A program made the position numbers and the translations under genes. DNA of 64,000 nucleotides from Octopus sinensis (taxonomy: Eukaryota): assembly GCF_006345805.1 (NCBI RefSeq), contig NC_042999.1, positions 38,564,001-38,628,000 on the forward strand, given 5' to 3'. Position 1 is the stretch's first letter, and each line of letters begins with the position of its first letter. Below the pieces are notes generated by a model. It saw only the letters and a program-made list of their open reading frames with translations. It did not search any database and was not told where the DNA came from. Shown here in pieces: positions 38,669 through 52,607 of this stretch.

Positions 38669-40019
38669 GCACAACAGCTTCCACAAGGACATGTGTTACA
38701 TCAAAAATTCTTGGTTGGGGATGCAAATCCTCTCATTCACGTACGACATAATGCGGCAGCAGCATAGAATTGAAGCGTCCATCTCTTTCTTCTCTCAATG
38801 TAGAATGAGGAAAATTGGATGTTGAGGTAATGTAAATAAATAAATACATATATAGAGGTGAAGATGGAGGGGCGAGAGTTCGGGACGAGGGATAAAAAAT
38901 GTATAAAAAGTGTAAGTATAGAATAATATAAAAATGTAGAGGATAAAGATATAAAGAGTTGTAAGGAGATGTAAAGGGGGTATAAAGAAATATAAAGAAA
39001 TATAAATAAATGTAAAGGCATAAGGTTATAAAGTAAAAATAGAAATAGAAATAAAAGTAAAAAAAACCTGATAAAACCATGATAAAAGTGTAAAAGAATG
39101 TAAAGATAAGGGATGTATAGAGGTTACGGACCAAGCATGGTGGTCAGGAGATTGATAAAATTTAGTTGTAGAATTGTCAGTAAATCAACAGTTTCGTCTG
39201 GGGACTTAATGCGTTGTAAATCAGAGCTGATGAGCATTTAATCTGGTTCCTTGAATTAAATGGACTTCTAGTACATACATATCATCATGGATACATACAC
39301 CCACATACACGCGTACATATACGCCTCCAAGCCTATAAGCATACACACGCACTCACGCGTAAACACGTACATAAACACACACGCACCCACACGCACGCGC
39401 GTACACACACATACATACAACAGAATATCCGCATATATACACGGACATTACGCGCGTACACGCTCACATGTATATACGCACATGTATATATAAAAGACTG
39501 GTTTGATAAATGTTTCAGCTTGGTTTAACGCTAAGGATAATAAGAAAAGGATAATAGGAAAACATATTACAAATATAAAAACATATGGGTTTAGTATCTC
39601 AGGATAGTATAGAAATGTCATTACATGGAAGTAAGAACATTTTTATGCAAATATGAATTAGAAAATAGATATAATGAAGGATTGCACATAGGTCAAATAT
39701 CTGTGTGATCCATTTTCGACAAAATCAGATGAAGAAATTCAACCTTGCAATAATTTCTTTTTCCATGCATTGATATCCTTTCCATACTTGTACAGTGTCT
39801 TCAAGTAAGTCATTACGGGAGGTATTCATACTCCTATGCTCTAGAAATGCAAGAGTATCACAAGAGCCTTAGAGTGTCTTTACTAAAATAGAAAAAGGAT
39901 GTTGAAAAGGGCCGGATCGTCGTAGCAGGAAAGGATTTCTGAAGTAGTGAAATGACTCTGCTAATACATACCTTAAAAGAAGGGATTCAAGCTGACTTAG
40001 CCTGTTTGATCTTCCTCTG

Positions 40020-40111
<92 letters not shown>

Positions 40112-40836
40112 GACTTTCAGGCTATATATATAGGTGTGAGAGAGTTGGTATGTGAAAGCACGTGGTTGAATGTATAAAAGACAAAACAGAGCGAAAAGAA
40201 CTACAGAAGGCTTATGTTATATGATTAAAGAATATATTTAAATCGTTAAGTTAGAAAAATGTTATAAAATTTTGCGTATAGTAACATAGTTTTTGGAGAA
40301 ATAACCCGGTTTCGCATTTTCTTTTCGAATTTCTCAAATTTCTTGACCTATATCGCTTCCAATGAGGTGAGTTTCCTTATTTAATCTAACCTGTGTTGGT
40401 ATTCCAATGGTATATTGATAGAATGGAAACATTACAAATTTTAGTAGCAGTCGCTTTGCGCATTTCTCAATATGTTCATTAAATGGTATCATTCTGTCTT
40501 CTGGGAATGGATTCTGTTGTCGATACAGAGTGCATCAACGTCAGAGCGATAATCCCGTGGACCCTATGTTGTTTTGGTGGCAGCCCGTGCATCTTATGTA
40601 TATATATATATATATATATGAGACCAAAAGTGTACGTACGCCACCATATGTATATAAAAAGGAATATTAAAAATGGGACAAGAACGCAAGGCATCCAGAC
40701 AAATGATACAAAAGAGGGACAAGAAAAAACGTTGACGGGTCAACCGAAGCTTTCCCTCTTCAGTCGAGTTCCAGATCATCCTAGCCACCTCGGCTGGTTA
40801 TACTCGAGATTGCTCCAATTAGAGAATTAGAGAAGG

Positions 40837-40904
40837 ATGGAGGAAGAAAACAGATGGAGGAAGAAAACAGATGGAGGAAGAAAACAGATGGAGGAAGAAA
40901 ACAG
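40837..40904. repeat. Minisatellite, 4 x 17 bp (atggaggaagaaaacag)
   Basis: Perfect copies at 40837, 40854, 40871 and 40888. Confidence 0.97.
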
Positions 40905-41301
40905 TATAGAGTAGAGACGGGCATCAAAAACGTGAAGATGAACTTATTTCATGTTTGTTTCCGTTCGGTTTGTCCAGTATGTCTCCAATGTCATTTTCTG
41001 TCCCCAACTTGGACCCTCCATAAATCCCAAATGTTATTTTAGAATTTATGGGAGCAACTATCTTTGAAGACTCATATTGTCGTTGAATGCTCGAAATAAA
41101 GAATAGATAGACAGTCGACAACTGGTGAAGATGTCCATTTTTCTCGTTGTTTACGTATTTCACACGTTTCTCCCTCGTTTGTTTATGCATCTCATGTTAT
41201 TTTCATCTCTGGTTGGTGACGCCATGTATCCATATATGCATGTATATATATATAATATTATTTATTATATATGTATATGTATATTACACACACACACACA
41301 T

Positions 41302-41351
<50 letters not shown>

Positions 41352-41355
<4 letters not shown>

Positions 41356-42077
41356 ATAATAAAAGGATAAAATTAATTAATTATTAATTCATTTTACCAA
41401 GTAGTGTTCAGTATGTAAAAAGACCATTTACGGTATATTTAAAACATTACGTTATATAATTAGGGTTCAGTAAAATAATTTACTCTACCACACACCGAAC
41501 GTTTAGAAATAGCAGCCAAAAAATCTTAGCTATTTCTTCTACTATAAGAAGAAAAATCTCCCAGACAATGCATACTCAAAAATAATTCACACAGGTATAA
41601 AGGGAAAAATAACGAAAGATCACACGTACATAAGATTACTTGGGAACGGTCGTTTCTGGATTAGTTGAATATAGAGATCAACATTTCCTTCGTCAGCTCA
41701 AAGATTTCTTTTGATTTGGATTTGAGAGCACTAAAAATCAAACATACCCGTCTGATATGAGCAATCCCAGACAAACCATCTTCGACCGCTAGTACTAAAG
41801 AATTCAAAAAGTACAAATGAGGCTTTGCATTCTTCCCTTTTCCACCCACGTGAGTTATAGAGCAACACATTTCTACGGAGAGAACTGTAGTTTAATATCA
41901 GGGAGAGAGAATTATATTATCAATAATAAAAGGGTAAAATTAATTAATTATTAATTCATTTTACCAAGTAGTGTTCAGTATGTAGAAGAAATAGCTAAGA
42001 TTTTTTTGGCTGCTTTTTCTAAAAGTTCGGTGTGTGGTAAAGTAAATTATTTTACTGAACCCTAATTATATAACGTA
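41352..42077. mobile_element. Repeat with direct and inverted terminal segments, possibly a PLE remnant
   Basis: Direct repeat about 41352-41417 vs 41920-41985; inverted repeat about 41445-41541 vs 41985-42077; weak GIY-YIG C-terminal-like residues at about 41720-41800. Confidence 0.5.
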
Positions 42078-42084
42078 TATATAT

Positions 42085-42164
<80 letters not shown>

Positions 42165-42173
42165 AATATACAT

Positions 42174-42221
<48 letters not shown>

Positions 42222-42517
42222 ACACACCACTGGCTCTCCGTCGGTTACGACGACGATGAGGATTCAAGTAGATTCGTTCAACGGAACAGCCTCCCCGTGA
42301 AATTAACGTGCAAGTGGCTCAGCACTCCACAGGCACGCGTACCCTTAAAGTAGTTGTTCAGCATGACACAGAGTTTGCTGGCCTTTTTCATTACAAATAT
42401 TGTTTTTGTATTACAGGTACATTTTTGCCAGCTGCGTGGACTGTAGCAACGTGAAATAATACACACACACGCGCACACACACACATACACACCCCATACG
42501 CATCCCGCACATATATA

Positions 42518-43804
42518 TCCGTTGTACCAGCAAAATTCTCATGCTCAAAAATTCTTAAGACTTCTTAAATCTAATACCCTACCGATCTGTAATTTTCCAT
42601 GTTTATCAGATATGACGTCTGACTATACTGACATCAGTATCCGTGAAATACTATTTTCCTAGACAGAGAACATACTGAAATTGTTCTGTGTCAACGTCAC
42701 CATTCTACCGAACGGAGCAATGTTGAGAAGGCTAAGATCATCCATTCTCTGGCTTCCATCTTCAAAGTGCATTCAAGAACTATCAAGAGAATTCTGAATA
42801 AGCTTAAGAAAGATGGAATAGTAGAGAGGAAGACTGGTCAAGAGAGGTCGTCATTTCAATCTGGAGCTGAAGAGATCAACTCGAAAATATCCAACTCAAA
42901 CCATAAAACGCTTGGCACATGAGGAAGGAATTTTCGCTATGACAGTTGAAAGAACGGTGACAGAAGACCTGAAAATTAAAAATCGTATACGTTTAACTTG
43001 TGAAGCATTTTGTTATTCCAGAACAAAAAGTTAGAAGGTTGGAGATAATCCTTAAGATAGTGAAACATTATCCTGGAGTGATCTTTTACACAAATGAGAA
43101 GAAATTCACCCGAGATACGCACACGAACAGAGGAAACAGCTGCGTTCTGGCTTCAGTTCCTCACAGAGAGAACGAAAAATATTATTTTCAGGTGCAAAAC
43201 ACCTGTCATAGTGATGATGTTCGCCTGCATGTTCTGTGATTGCAAGAAGATGCTATTAATCCTGTTTGAGAATGCTGAGAGACTGACAAAAATTTGTTAT
43301 GTTCATATTTTGAAAGATTCTTTCTGAATATCCTGAGGCAAGATGAACAATCCTTAACAGATTGCTAAGGACTTCAGGTTTACATTCCAGCATGATGGAG
43401 ATCCTTGTCACACAAGTGCAGTGACTCAAAAATCTCTCAGGGATGCGTTTGGGAGCAGTATTTGGGATAAGGAGACTTGGTCCCCTTCATCGCCCGAAGA
43501 AAAGCTTTGAGAAGCCCCACAGTAATTTATAACTCCACCCGTCAGGAGGTGGAATAAGGAAGTTATTGCTAAAACAGGAGCAACACTTGACGACTAAAAG
43601 GTAGGATTTCAGTCAGGACTGTCTTTGGCTCTTTGAAATAAAACTTTAAACTTCTATTCACACGTTATTCCAATCCTTTTTGTGCTCCTAACCATGAACT
43701 ATGGTTATTTATTTATGAAAATGTCATATACGTCCATGATCCCGATGCATCATGATTCATGCGTTGGGCTTGGGGAAATCTGCACAATTTTGCTGATACA
43801 CCCA

Positions 43805-43805
<1 letters not shown>
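42518..43805 (+). mobile_element. Near full-length decayed maT (DD37D)-like Tc1/mariner transposon
   Basis: Imperfect TA-flanked TIRs (..gtaccagcaaaatt / aattttgctgatacacccag); SIFKVHSRTIKRILNKLKKDGIVERKTG, IFYTNEKKF, KTPVIVMMF, FQHDGDPCHTSAVTQ, WDKETWSPSSP. Confidence 0.75.
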
Positions 43806-43848
<43 letters not shown>

Positions 43849-44589
43849 AGCACTCGACAGAAGAAAAGGTTTTTGATATATATATGCAGAGAGAGAGAGA
43901 GAGAAAGATAAATAAGGAGAGGAGAAAGAGATATGTGTGAAATATACAAGTGGAATTGATGCCAAGATAGCTATTTTTCCATTTACAATCTCAAACCAGT
44001 CTCACTCTTTCACTGGTCTTCATTTTGAAGGTATTTTCCCCAATAAAATTACATGTTTTTTATTCGAATTTTAATGTAGTTTCGCTTTATCTCTCATAAT
44101 TTCTTTATCATAGTTATAAGTGAACGTAGTTTCCTCTTCCCTCCGTTAATGTCGTAGCCATAAACACCACTTGCTCCATCTTTGCTTCTTTTATTTTTCT
44201 CCTTTAGATTTTAATTTATTTTTTATCTTTTGTTGATTTTTCAGTTAAACGTGCGTATTTATATTTGTTTTCTTTTGAAATCCAAATTTTAATTGGTGAC
44301 ATCTCCACTCAAGTTGCTTCTCTTAAATGTTAAGTCCCTTTCATGGTATCGTGTATTAAAAAACGATTTTAAGCATGTAGTCTCATGACGCACAAATGCT
44401 CAATCACACACACACAAATACAAATAAGTGCATTACACATTATAATGATAATAATCAACTATGGGGATGACGTTGACTTGATAATAACTAGATTTTGGCC
44501 CAAACTTCTCAGTTGTAAAAAACGTTTAAAATAATACTGTCGATGTGACCATTCTTGTAACGGTGATTTAGTAACTTTTTCTTTTTTTC

Positions 44590-45240
44590 ATATTATTTTG
44601 AAGGTTTCCCTGAGAGCAGCTTTAAGAATTTTCAGAATATTATCTGAGGTAATGGTCGATGCGATCCTTACAAGGAAATCGGTGATAGCAACTATGTTTC
44701 CCTCTATTATTATCATCATCATCCACATCCACGTACACTTTGCTTTCTTTATCATCCTCGTCGTCATATTCTTCGTCAATATGATCATTATCATCATCGA
44801 TATCCTACTCCACATCTTAATCATCATTGCCCTTTTCGTTGTCGTCGTCGTCGTCGTCGTCTTTGTCCTTACCACCACGGTCCCTCATCTCCTTCTCTCA
44901 TGCTCATCATCTTTCTGTGCTTCATCATCTTCAACTTCAACATTATAATCATTACCACTCCAGTATAATTCATCTCCTCCCCCTCATCGTCATTGTCATC
45001 ATCATTACCTGTACCATCAATACTACCTTCATCATCATCATCATCGTCATCATCTTCACCATCACCGTTTTCATCATCACAGTCATAACCTCACGATCAT
45101 GCTCATCAAAATAATGAATTTTACCATCATCAACTCCACCAGCATTTAAACCCCGCTCCCCGTTGCAGTCCACTACCTTTTCCTCCGCCACCACCATCCT
45201 CCTCGTCATAATTTAATTTTCATTATTATCATCATCAGCA
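44590..45240. repeat. Degenerate (TCA/TCG)n low-complexity tract
   Basis: Direct reading; source of the poly-I/V/M ORFs. Confidence 0.85.
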
Positions 45241-46189
45241 TTTTCTTTTACTCCCTTTCTACTTATTGATGTTTGCAATAATAATATTATAGTATTCATT
45301 TGTGTCTTTCAACTTTTTTTCAGTTGTTTCATCCACGAAATCAATATCAAATCTAGGCAACTCTATCATCACATATCTGTAGAGTAAACCACGCAACGAA
45401 AAGTATAATGTTCAATGTCAAATAATGTTTCCACTGCGTAAAATATATATTTCAAGTATTTTCCAACAGGGACGCATTTTCACATATAATGCATGACAAT
45501 TTATTGTTAAACATCTCCTCTCTAAAGTATGGTTAAATGATGAGTCGAAACGATCGTAGTGGATAAAGTGTCGTGTAAATTCCGTTCTCTGTATCTCATC
45601 TTTTATAGGTCTGTTTTAAGCTACACTTCGTTTCTGTTTAGTACATACATACATACATATATACATACATACATACGTATATACACACATACGCATATAT
45701 AATTGAGAAGCATAAAAACGTTTTAAGATATTAACATTTTTTAATAAATTTTTAAATTCCTAAAAATCTATGAGTTTTCCTAAAATTATTGAATTTGAAA
45801 CAAACAAGCATATCGTTCATGCAAGAAGATGGATGCGAATGGCACTTAAATGATTAAATAAACTATTGGATCATTGATGATCAGTATTAGGGTGAATCCA
45901 TGAACGTGGGGTGTAGATGGTATCAACTCAAAATCTTAGTTGCCAAAACTTTTTTTGCTATATAAAAATGTTTTTAAAAATATTTTAAAATATATTGTAC
46001 AATATAAATATTTAATTGATAATTCATAGAAATCGCTTGATTGAAACAATTTACGTGGAAGGTTAATGGGTTCAAACTCGGAACTTGTCTGAATTAAGAA
46101 TATGAGGTATGAACACAAATCGCAGTTCCAGAAACTAGAATCTTTATTCCTGTCCCTTAGATTTATGTGTTCATTATCTGTGTTATTAT

Positions 46190-46370
46190 TATTGTTCTTA
46201 TTACTTACATTAAGGCTAACTATGTTCCCATTATTCTTAAGCTTAAATCTATTAATCTCCGCGATTATCGATCCTAAGTTCGTTGTAGCTGAATATGATA
46301 GTTTGAGAGAAGATCTATTAAAAATGGTGTGGTATTTGTGGCCCACGGGGAAATACTTGAATACTGAAAA
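46190..46370 (-). mobile_element. Penelope-like linker fragment (between RT and GIY-YIG)
   Basis: GHKYHTIFNRSSLKLSYSATTNLGSIIAEIN (ORF 45936-46346) resembles the PLE motif HKIFNRNTVK.SYS...N. Confidence 0.65.
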
Positions 46371-46408
46371 ATAAGCGAGGGAGGTTTTTGAAATGAAGGG
46401 ATAGCCTA

Positions 46409-46801
46409 TACTCTTTTACTCTTTTACTTGTTTCAGTTATTTGACTGCGGCCATGCTGGAGCATCGCCTTTAATCGAGCAACTCGACCCCGGGACTTATT
46501 CTTTTGTAAGCCCAGTACTTATTCTATCGGTCTCTTTTGCCGAACCGCTAAGTAACGGGGACATAAACACACTAGCATCGGTTGTCAAGCAATGCTAGGG
46601 GAACAAACAGTCACATAAACACACACACGCACATATATACATATATACGACAGGCTTCTTTCAGTTTCCGTCTACCAAATCCACTCACAAGGCTTTGGTC
46701 GGCCCGAGGCTATAGTAGAAGACACTTGCCCAAGGTGCCACGCAGTGGGACTGAACCTGGAACCATGTGGTTGGTAAACAAGCTACTTACCACACAGCCA
46801 A
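46409..46801 (-). mobile_element. SINE family B, near full length
   Basis: Reverse complement of the 26311-26710 family, with a (aaagagt)n tail. Confidence 0.92.
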
Positions 46802-48169
46802 CGGACGGCTAGACAAAGTTGGATATAATCTAAAGTGATAGGGGTCCTGTTGTTCGAGAGGGTTGTTTACGGACGGAGTATCGATATTTAATTCAAGCAG
46901 GTTTCTAGGTTTGGAAAGAACTTATCTAATTTTTATTTAAATATTGTATTCTTGATGTAATATATATTTTCCATGAATCCACTATTCTTTAAAGCTGCGT
47001 TATAAATAGGCGCCACATTATTGAAAACTATTTGGTTTGCTAATTTGTTGGAGATTCTAATTGACACTCCCCTGATCACTCCATTAATAATTCTTTGGGG
47101 ATGGTTTTATATATATATGCGCGTGTGAGTATGTGTGTGTCTGTGAGTGTGAGTGCGTGTCTGAATATACATATATATATATATTCACGCACACACATAA
47201 CTCTCTCACACACACACTGACACACACACGCACACACATGTATATATATATATGTATGTATATATATATATATATACATGCATGCATACGGAGTACTTAA
47301 TGTATAAAGAGAAGAAGAGGGCTACTTGGAATTCGAACTCAGTTCACCAATATTTACGCGCTGTTATTTATAGCACTGTTTACTTCGAGATCCACTATTG
47401 GCAAAAAAACAAAAAAACATTATTTTTCACATCTCAAAGTTTACGAAAGTTCCTGCCACGTCAACATAGAATTTTCGCTGGTAAGAGTAAATTCTTTAAA
47501 ATGCACACAATTTGAAGCATCTATAATATATATATATATATGTGTGTATATGTGTGTGTGTGTATATATGTATACTGTGTATGTGTGTTTATACATATAT
47601 GCACACACACGCTTTCTATGCAATTATTACGATGGCATGACGTGCACTTGTGAATTCAGTGGTTTTAATTAACACCAGTTAAATTAGGTATTGTGTACGT
47701 CGATAACATTGGTAAAGGCTGTCATTTTGAAAGAGCTGTATAATTTATTTTTTAACTAAAGAAACGAAGGAAGTGGTGAATAAAGGAATGTTTGAATTAA
47801 TGAATGAGTGAATGAATATAAAAAGAAAGAAGAAAATTTGAAAATACGTAAATTTAACATCAAAAACATTACACGCCCACTAAATGCTAGAAAAAATGCT
47901 ATCATAAAATGAAAACTAATTCATCCACCCAACAAACAACATTTCAAGTACATGCTAGCATGTATTTTTATGTCAGCTGTCCACAAGTCTCCTAATTAGG
48001 AGCTTTCAACTGTAATCCTTGACATTATCATCATATACATTTTCGTGATCAGTTTTCTTCTATTTTCTCTGTGTTCTGTTTTCAAATTTTTATTTTTTAC
48101 TTTTTTAATTCGCATCCTATTTCTCCTCCTACCCCTCCTCTCCCCCTTGTTGTTTTTCCTCCTCCTACT

Positions 48170-48256
48170 CTTCTTCTTCTTCTTCTTCTTCTTCTTTTTC
48201 TTCTTCTTCTTCTTCTTCTTCTTCTTCTTCTTCTTCTTCTTCTTCTTCTTCTTTCT
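48170..48256. repeat. (TTC)n within a larger low-complexity tract (48000-48470)
   Basis: Direct reading. Confidence 0.95.
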
Positions 48257-48823
48257 CGTCTTCTTCGTTACTGTCACTGCTTCTCTTGCAAATGACGCCA
48301 ACATTACCACCACCAATAGCACAATCGTCCTCCTCATCATCATAATTCTCCTCAGCACAAACACCATCATCATCATCATCATCATCAACGTTATCATCCT
48401 CCTCATTGACGTCGTGGTCGTCATCATCGTCGTCCTCGTTCTCCTCCCCCTCCTCATTTTCTTATAGTTTCACATTATTGTTCACTTTTCTTTTGACGTA
48501 TTAGACATTTATTTCTCGATTTAAAAAAAAAATTATTTCTTCCGCACAAACGCCTCCATCACAGTATACCTCCAATATTAACCGTAAGTGAATCATGATG
48601 ATCGACAATGACGTCCATAACTACCTTGCTACTGCATATTTTTTATTGGCTGCAGGTAAAATGCCAAACAACAAACATAAGTTTAAACACAGGAAATCAT
48701 ACTAAGGTCAACAGATATTCTTGAAACAGTAACCGAATTCCCTCTCTTGGCTCATACCGTAACTTCCTTCATAACGGTCACACTAGGTAAAATACTTTAT
48801 GGAAAATTATATCTCTGACTGAA

Positions 48824-49390
48824 GGTGGCGAGCTAGCAGAAATGTTAGCAGTCCGGGTGTAATGCTTAGCGGTATTTCGTCTGCCGTTACGTTCTGAGTT
48901 CAAATTCCGCCGAGGTCGACTTTACCTTTCATCCTTTCGAGGTCGATTAGATAAGTACCAGTTACGCACTGGGGTCGATATAATCGACTTAATCCGTTTG
49001 TCTGTCCTTGTTTGTCCTCTCTGTGTTTAGCCCCTTGTGGGTAGTAAAAAAACAGGTATTTCGTCTGCCGCTATGTTCTGAGTTCAAATTCCGCCAAGGT
49101 CGACTTTGCCTTTCATCCTTTCGGGGTCGATTAAATATGTACCAATTACGCACTAGGGTCGCTATAATCGACTTAATCCGTTTGTCTGTACTTGTTCGTC
49201 CTCTCTGTGTTTAGCCTCTTGTGGGTAGTAAAGAAATAGGTATTTCGTCTGCTATTACGTTCTGAGTTCAAACTACGCCGAGGTCAACTTTGCGTTTCAT
49301 ACTTTCGGGATCGATAAATTAACTACCATTTGCGTACTGGGGTCGATGTAATCGACTGGCCTCTACCCAAAAATTTCGGGCGTTGTGATT
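48824..49390 (+). mobile_element. SINE family A trimer
   Basis: One head and three cores; junctions at 49054/49055 and 49238/49239. Confidence 0.9.
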
Positions 49391-49554
49391 AGAGTAGAAA
49401 AGATTACATCTCAGGTTTAAGCAGATGGCTGTGATTGGAATGTCTTTCATCCTAAGATTACTCGATCTGAGTGCATAAATTGCTTGTAGAAGATACTTAT
49501 GCGGTAACATTAAATGCATGTTTAACATGATTGAATTCTGTCACATTTCTTTAT

Positions 49555-49960
49555 TGAAGGTGGCAAGCTAGCAGAATCATTAGTACGCCGGACAAAATGC
49601 TTAACGGTATTTCGTTCGTTTTCACGTTCTGAGTTCATATTCTGATGAAGTCTACTTTGTCTTTCATTCCATCTGGGTCAAACAAGAAAGCACAAGATGA
49701 GCAATGGGATCGATGTAATCAACTTCAACACTTTCCCGAAACCGTTGCCCTCGTGCCAGAATTTGAAACCAATATTTTCCCCTTACTAACGGCGGCTGGC
49801 TGAGAGAAACTATAGTTGCCGGACAAAATGGTTAGTGGCATTTCGTTAAATTTTTAATCTTTCATCCTATCGTGGTCGATAAAATAAATACCAGTTGAGC
49901 ACTAGGTTCGATGTGATCTACTTACCCACTTCTCCAAACGTGGTATCCTTGTGCCAAAAT
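49555..49960 (+). mobile_element. Two old diverged SINE family A copies
   Basis: Heads ggtggcaagctagcagaatcattagtacgccgg (about 49558) and ggcggctggctgagagaaac (about 49791). Confidence 0.65.
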
Positions 49961-50507
49961 TTGACCCCGCTAGTTTTTCAATACGCTATATTTATTTCAT
50001 GATTACAGTTAAACGTGCTTCGTACTAAGGGAGTTAAACCGACTGATAACTATTTTTACTTTATGCTGATGGCATTCGCTGGTTTTCAATTTACTGTGTA
50101 ATCTTAAGTATTTCGCTTGCTACCTATAATCTTCGTATTTTTATTATGATTGCATTATATACATCATTATAACATTTGTCGGGTTTATCAAAGTATATAT
50201 AACTTTCAGTCCCCTTACGGATAAATGTTGCAAATCATTTATAAGCATATATCAACTACATATACGTGGACACATACACAAATACGCACAAACACATATT
50301 CGTTAATTGGTGGTCCGTCATTCCACAGTAGCCATACCAAAGCACCACACGGAAATGTTGTATTAGATCATAGAGATCCTTCTACGTGTATTTTAGTCCT
50401 ACAGACCGTATTTGTCGAAACTCTTTGTTACGGGATGTAAACAAATATTGTCTTCATGTAATGTAAACAACACATGTAAACAAGTATATAGACCTGTATC
50501 CATATTA

Positions 50508-50509
50508 TA

Positions 50510-50570
<61 letters not shown>

Positions 50571-50640
50571 GTTATTGTTATTATTATTATTATTATTATC
50601 ATTATTATTATTATTATTATTGTTATTGTTATTATTATTA

Positions 50641-50692
<52 letters not shown>

Positions 50693-50710
50693 CATCATCA
50701 TTAATATTAT
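50508..50710. repeat. (TTA)n microsatellite
   Basis: Direct reading. Confidence 0.97.
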
Positions 50711-50912
50711 TGAGTGAGAGAGCAGTGCATACCTTCAAAGTGATACTGGGCTACAAATATACTAAGCCCAATATACCCATCATGACTACCTGTATGATAA
50801 GGGTGCATCAGGTATATCACAACGATAAGTGTGCGACATGATGATGTCATATCATGATAAACAGTGCATGACCTTGCAGGTGGGACCCAGTTAGAATTTT
50901 CTTCAGGTTGAA

Positions 50913-51877
50913 AGCGACACCCCGGTCTCACGCCATTTCCGTTCCACCGGTCACTCTTTGCAACACCTGTCTGTGTTTGGATTGTCCTTGCACAGAGGCC
51001 ATCCGAACTCCCGTTTGCGCCGTGAACAAGGATTAATCTTCTCTCTTCGCTCCTTTACGCCATTTGGGCTCAACTCTCCTCCCCTCTTCATCTAACCTCC
51101 TGCTCTTGCCTCTCTCCCCCTCATTCCTACTTTCTCCCACCCAACTCTACTCTCTTGCCCTGACTCCTACTTCTCTTCACTCCTACATCTCTTCACCCCT
51201 ACGCTCTTTCCCGCTTCTCTCTTACTCGCTTTCTCTCTTCTCTCTTTCTCTCTTCTCCCTCACTATCCTTCTCTCCTCTCTCTCCCCCTCCCTCCTACTT
51301 CCTAATCTTGCCCCGACTCCTACCTGTCTTCAATCCTACTTCTCTTCACCCCTACTCTCTTTCCCTCTTCTCTCTTACTCTCATTCTCTTTTCTTTCTTC
51401 TCTCCTACTCTCTTTCTCTCTTTCTATCCCCTATTTCCCTCTTCTCTCTTTCTCTCTTACTCTCTTCTCTCATCTCTCTCCTCACATACGCACCTTTCCC
51501 TCCATCCACCCCTACACATTCCTACTCCACCTTCTCTATCCTTCCCAGACCACCAGCCCTCTTTCACACGCACCTACACACTCTCTAATACACACACACA
51601 CACCTTCGTGTTGGGGTCATATTTACTTTGTTATCTCCCCTACATCTTCGCTCACGTGTGTGACCCTTCTGTCCGAAGTCACTCGCCATGATAAATCGTT
51701 AGCCACTACAACATTTTTTCTCTCCTTCTTTCTCTCCTTGTTTTTTCTGTGTCCCTTTCTGTAGAAGAGCGTAGGCTCGAAACGTAAAATACTTTTTCTA
51801 TTCCTGAGAGTTATACTAATACATCTGTTTGTTTTGTACACTACCTGTCTTCGTCTTTTGTTGTTTTCGTAAACTGT

Positions 51878-51880
<3 letters not shown>
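50913..51880 (+). mobile_element. Penelope-like element 3' portion: GIY-YIG C-terminus, pyrimidine-rich UTR, pLTR-like tail
   Basis: 50913-51095 SDTPVSRHFRSTGHSLQHLSVFGLSLHRGHPNSRLRREQGLIFSLRSFTPFGLNSPPLFI*, followed by a CT-rich tract and a hammerhead-like motif. Confidence 0.8.
51756..51789 (+). ncRNA. Minimal hammerhead-like motif with an A6U core variant
   Basis: uuu-CUGUAGA-A-gagc(guag)gcuc-GAAAC-GUA/aaa; palindromic ACGU. Confidence 0.55.
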
Positions 51881-51934
<54 letters not shown>

Positions 51935-52607
51935 AACACTGCTGGCCGTCTTACCATCGGTGTGCAATTGTAATAATTTCTTATCCCAATTCTTCATCTC
52001 CACATGTCTACTCTATTACAATTCTACTGTTTCATCCCTCTAATAAATTGGTGGTTCTGAAACATTTTTTGCCCATGGATCAATCCCTTTGATAAGTACA
52101 TCACGCTTTTGGGACTTCAAAACCGCCAAACATTTAAAAGATCCTGTTTTTATTAAATAACTAAATATTATTAGGAATTTATGAAAAATATTTTATTTCT
52201 AGAAGTATAACCAATTTATTGCATGTAACTTTGAACAACTAACAATATTCTATAGTGTAGGAATGTTTACTCATAAAGTAATTCATAAATATATAAGGAT
52301 ATGTTTATTAATAAAATATGCTTTAGTGCTACTTGCATGCGAGCCTTGTGGTCGATGCTGCTTCGTTGATTTTACACGCTGTTGTGGAGCACACAAAATA
52401 TCAAATGGTCACCAGGGGTCATATGGACACTGATTGAAAATAAATTTTCTAAATGAGCGCACAAACATACAGGCACTGCTTCTAGTTACAACCGTTATTC
52501 ATATGCAGATACATAGTCTACAAAAATCTCATTTCGTTTCATATAAAATTCCCTCTACAGAACAGCGATGAATAAATGACTACCGAAAAATTACGAGATT
52601 TTTTTAT

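Noticed and set aside
40300-40570. Short open frames on both strands
   Set aside because: No convincing splice-site pair or homology.
40735-40770. Minus-strand ctgaagagggaaagcttcgg
   Set aside because: It lacks the GAAA half of the hammerhead core.
45537-45558. aTGATGAGTCGAAACGATCGTA, hammerhead-like with a palindromic stem III
   Set aside because: C3 is missing, stem II has collapsed and there is no stem I pairing; at most a dead remnant.
51064-51588. 174 aa Leu/Ser/Pro ORF
   Set aside because: Translation of the CT-rich 3' UTR tract of the PLE remnant.
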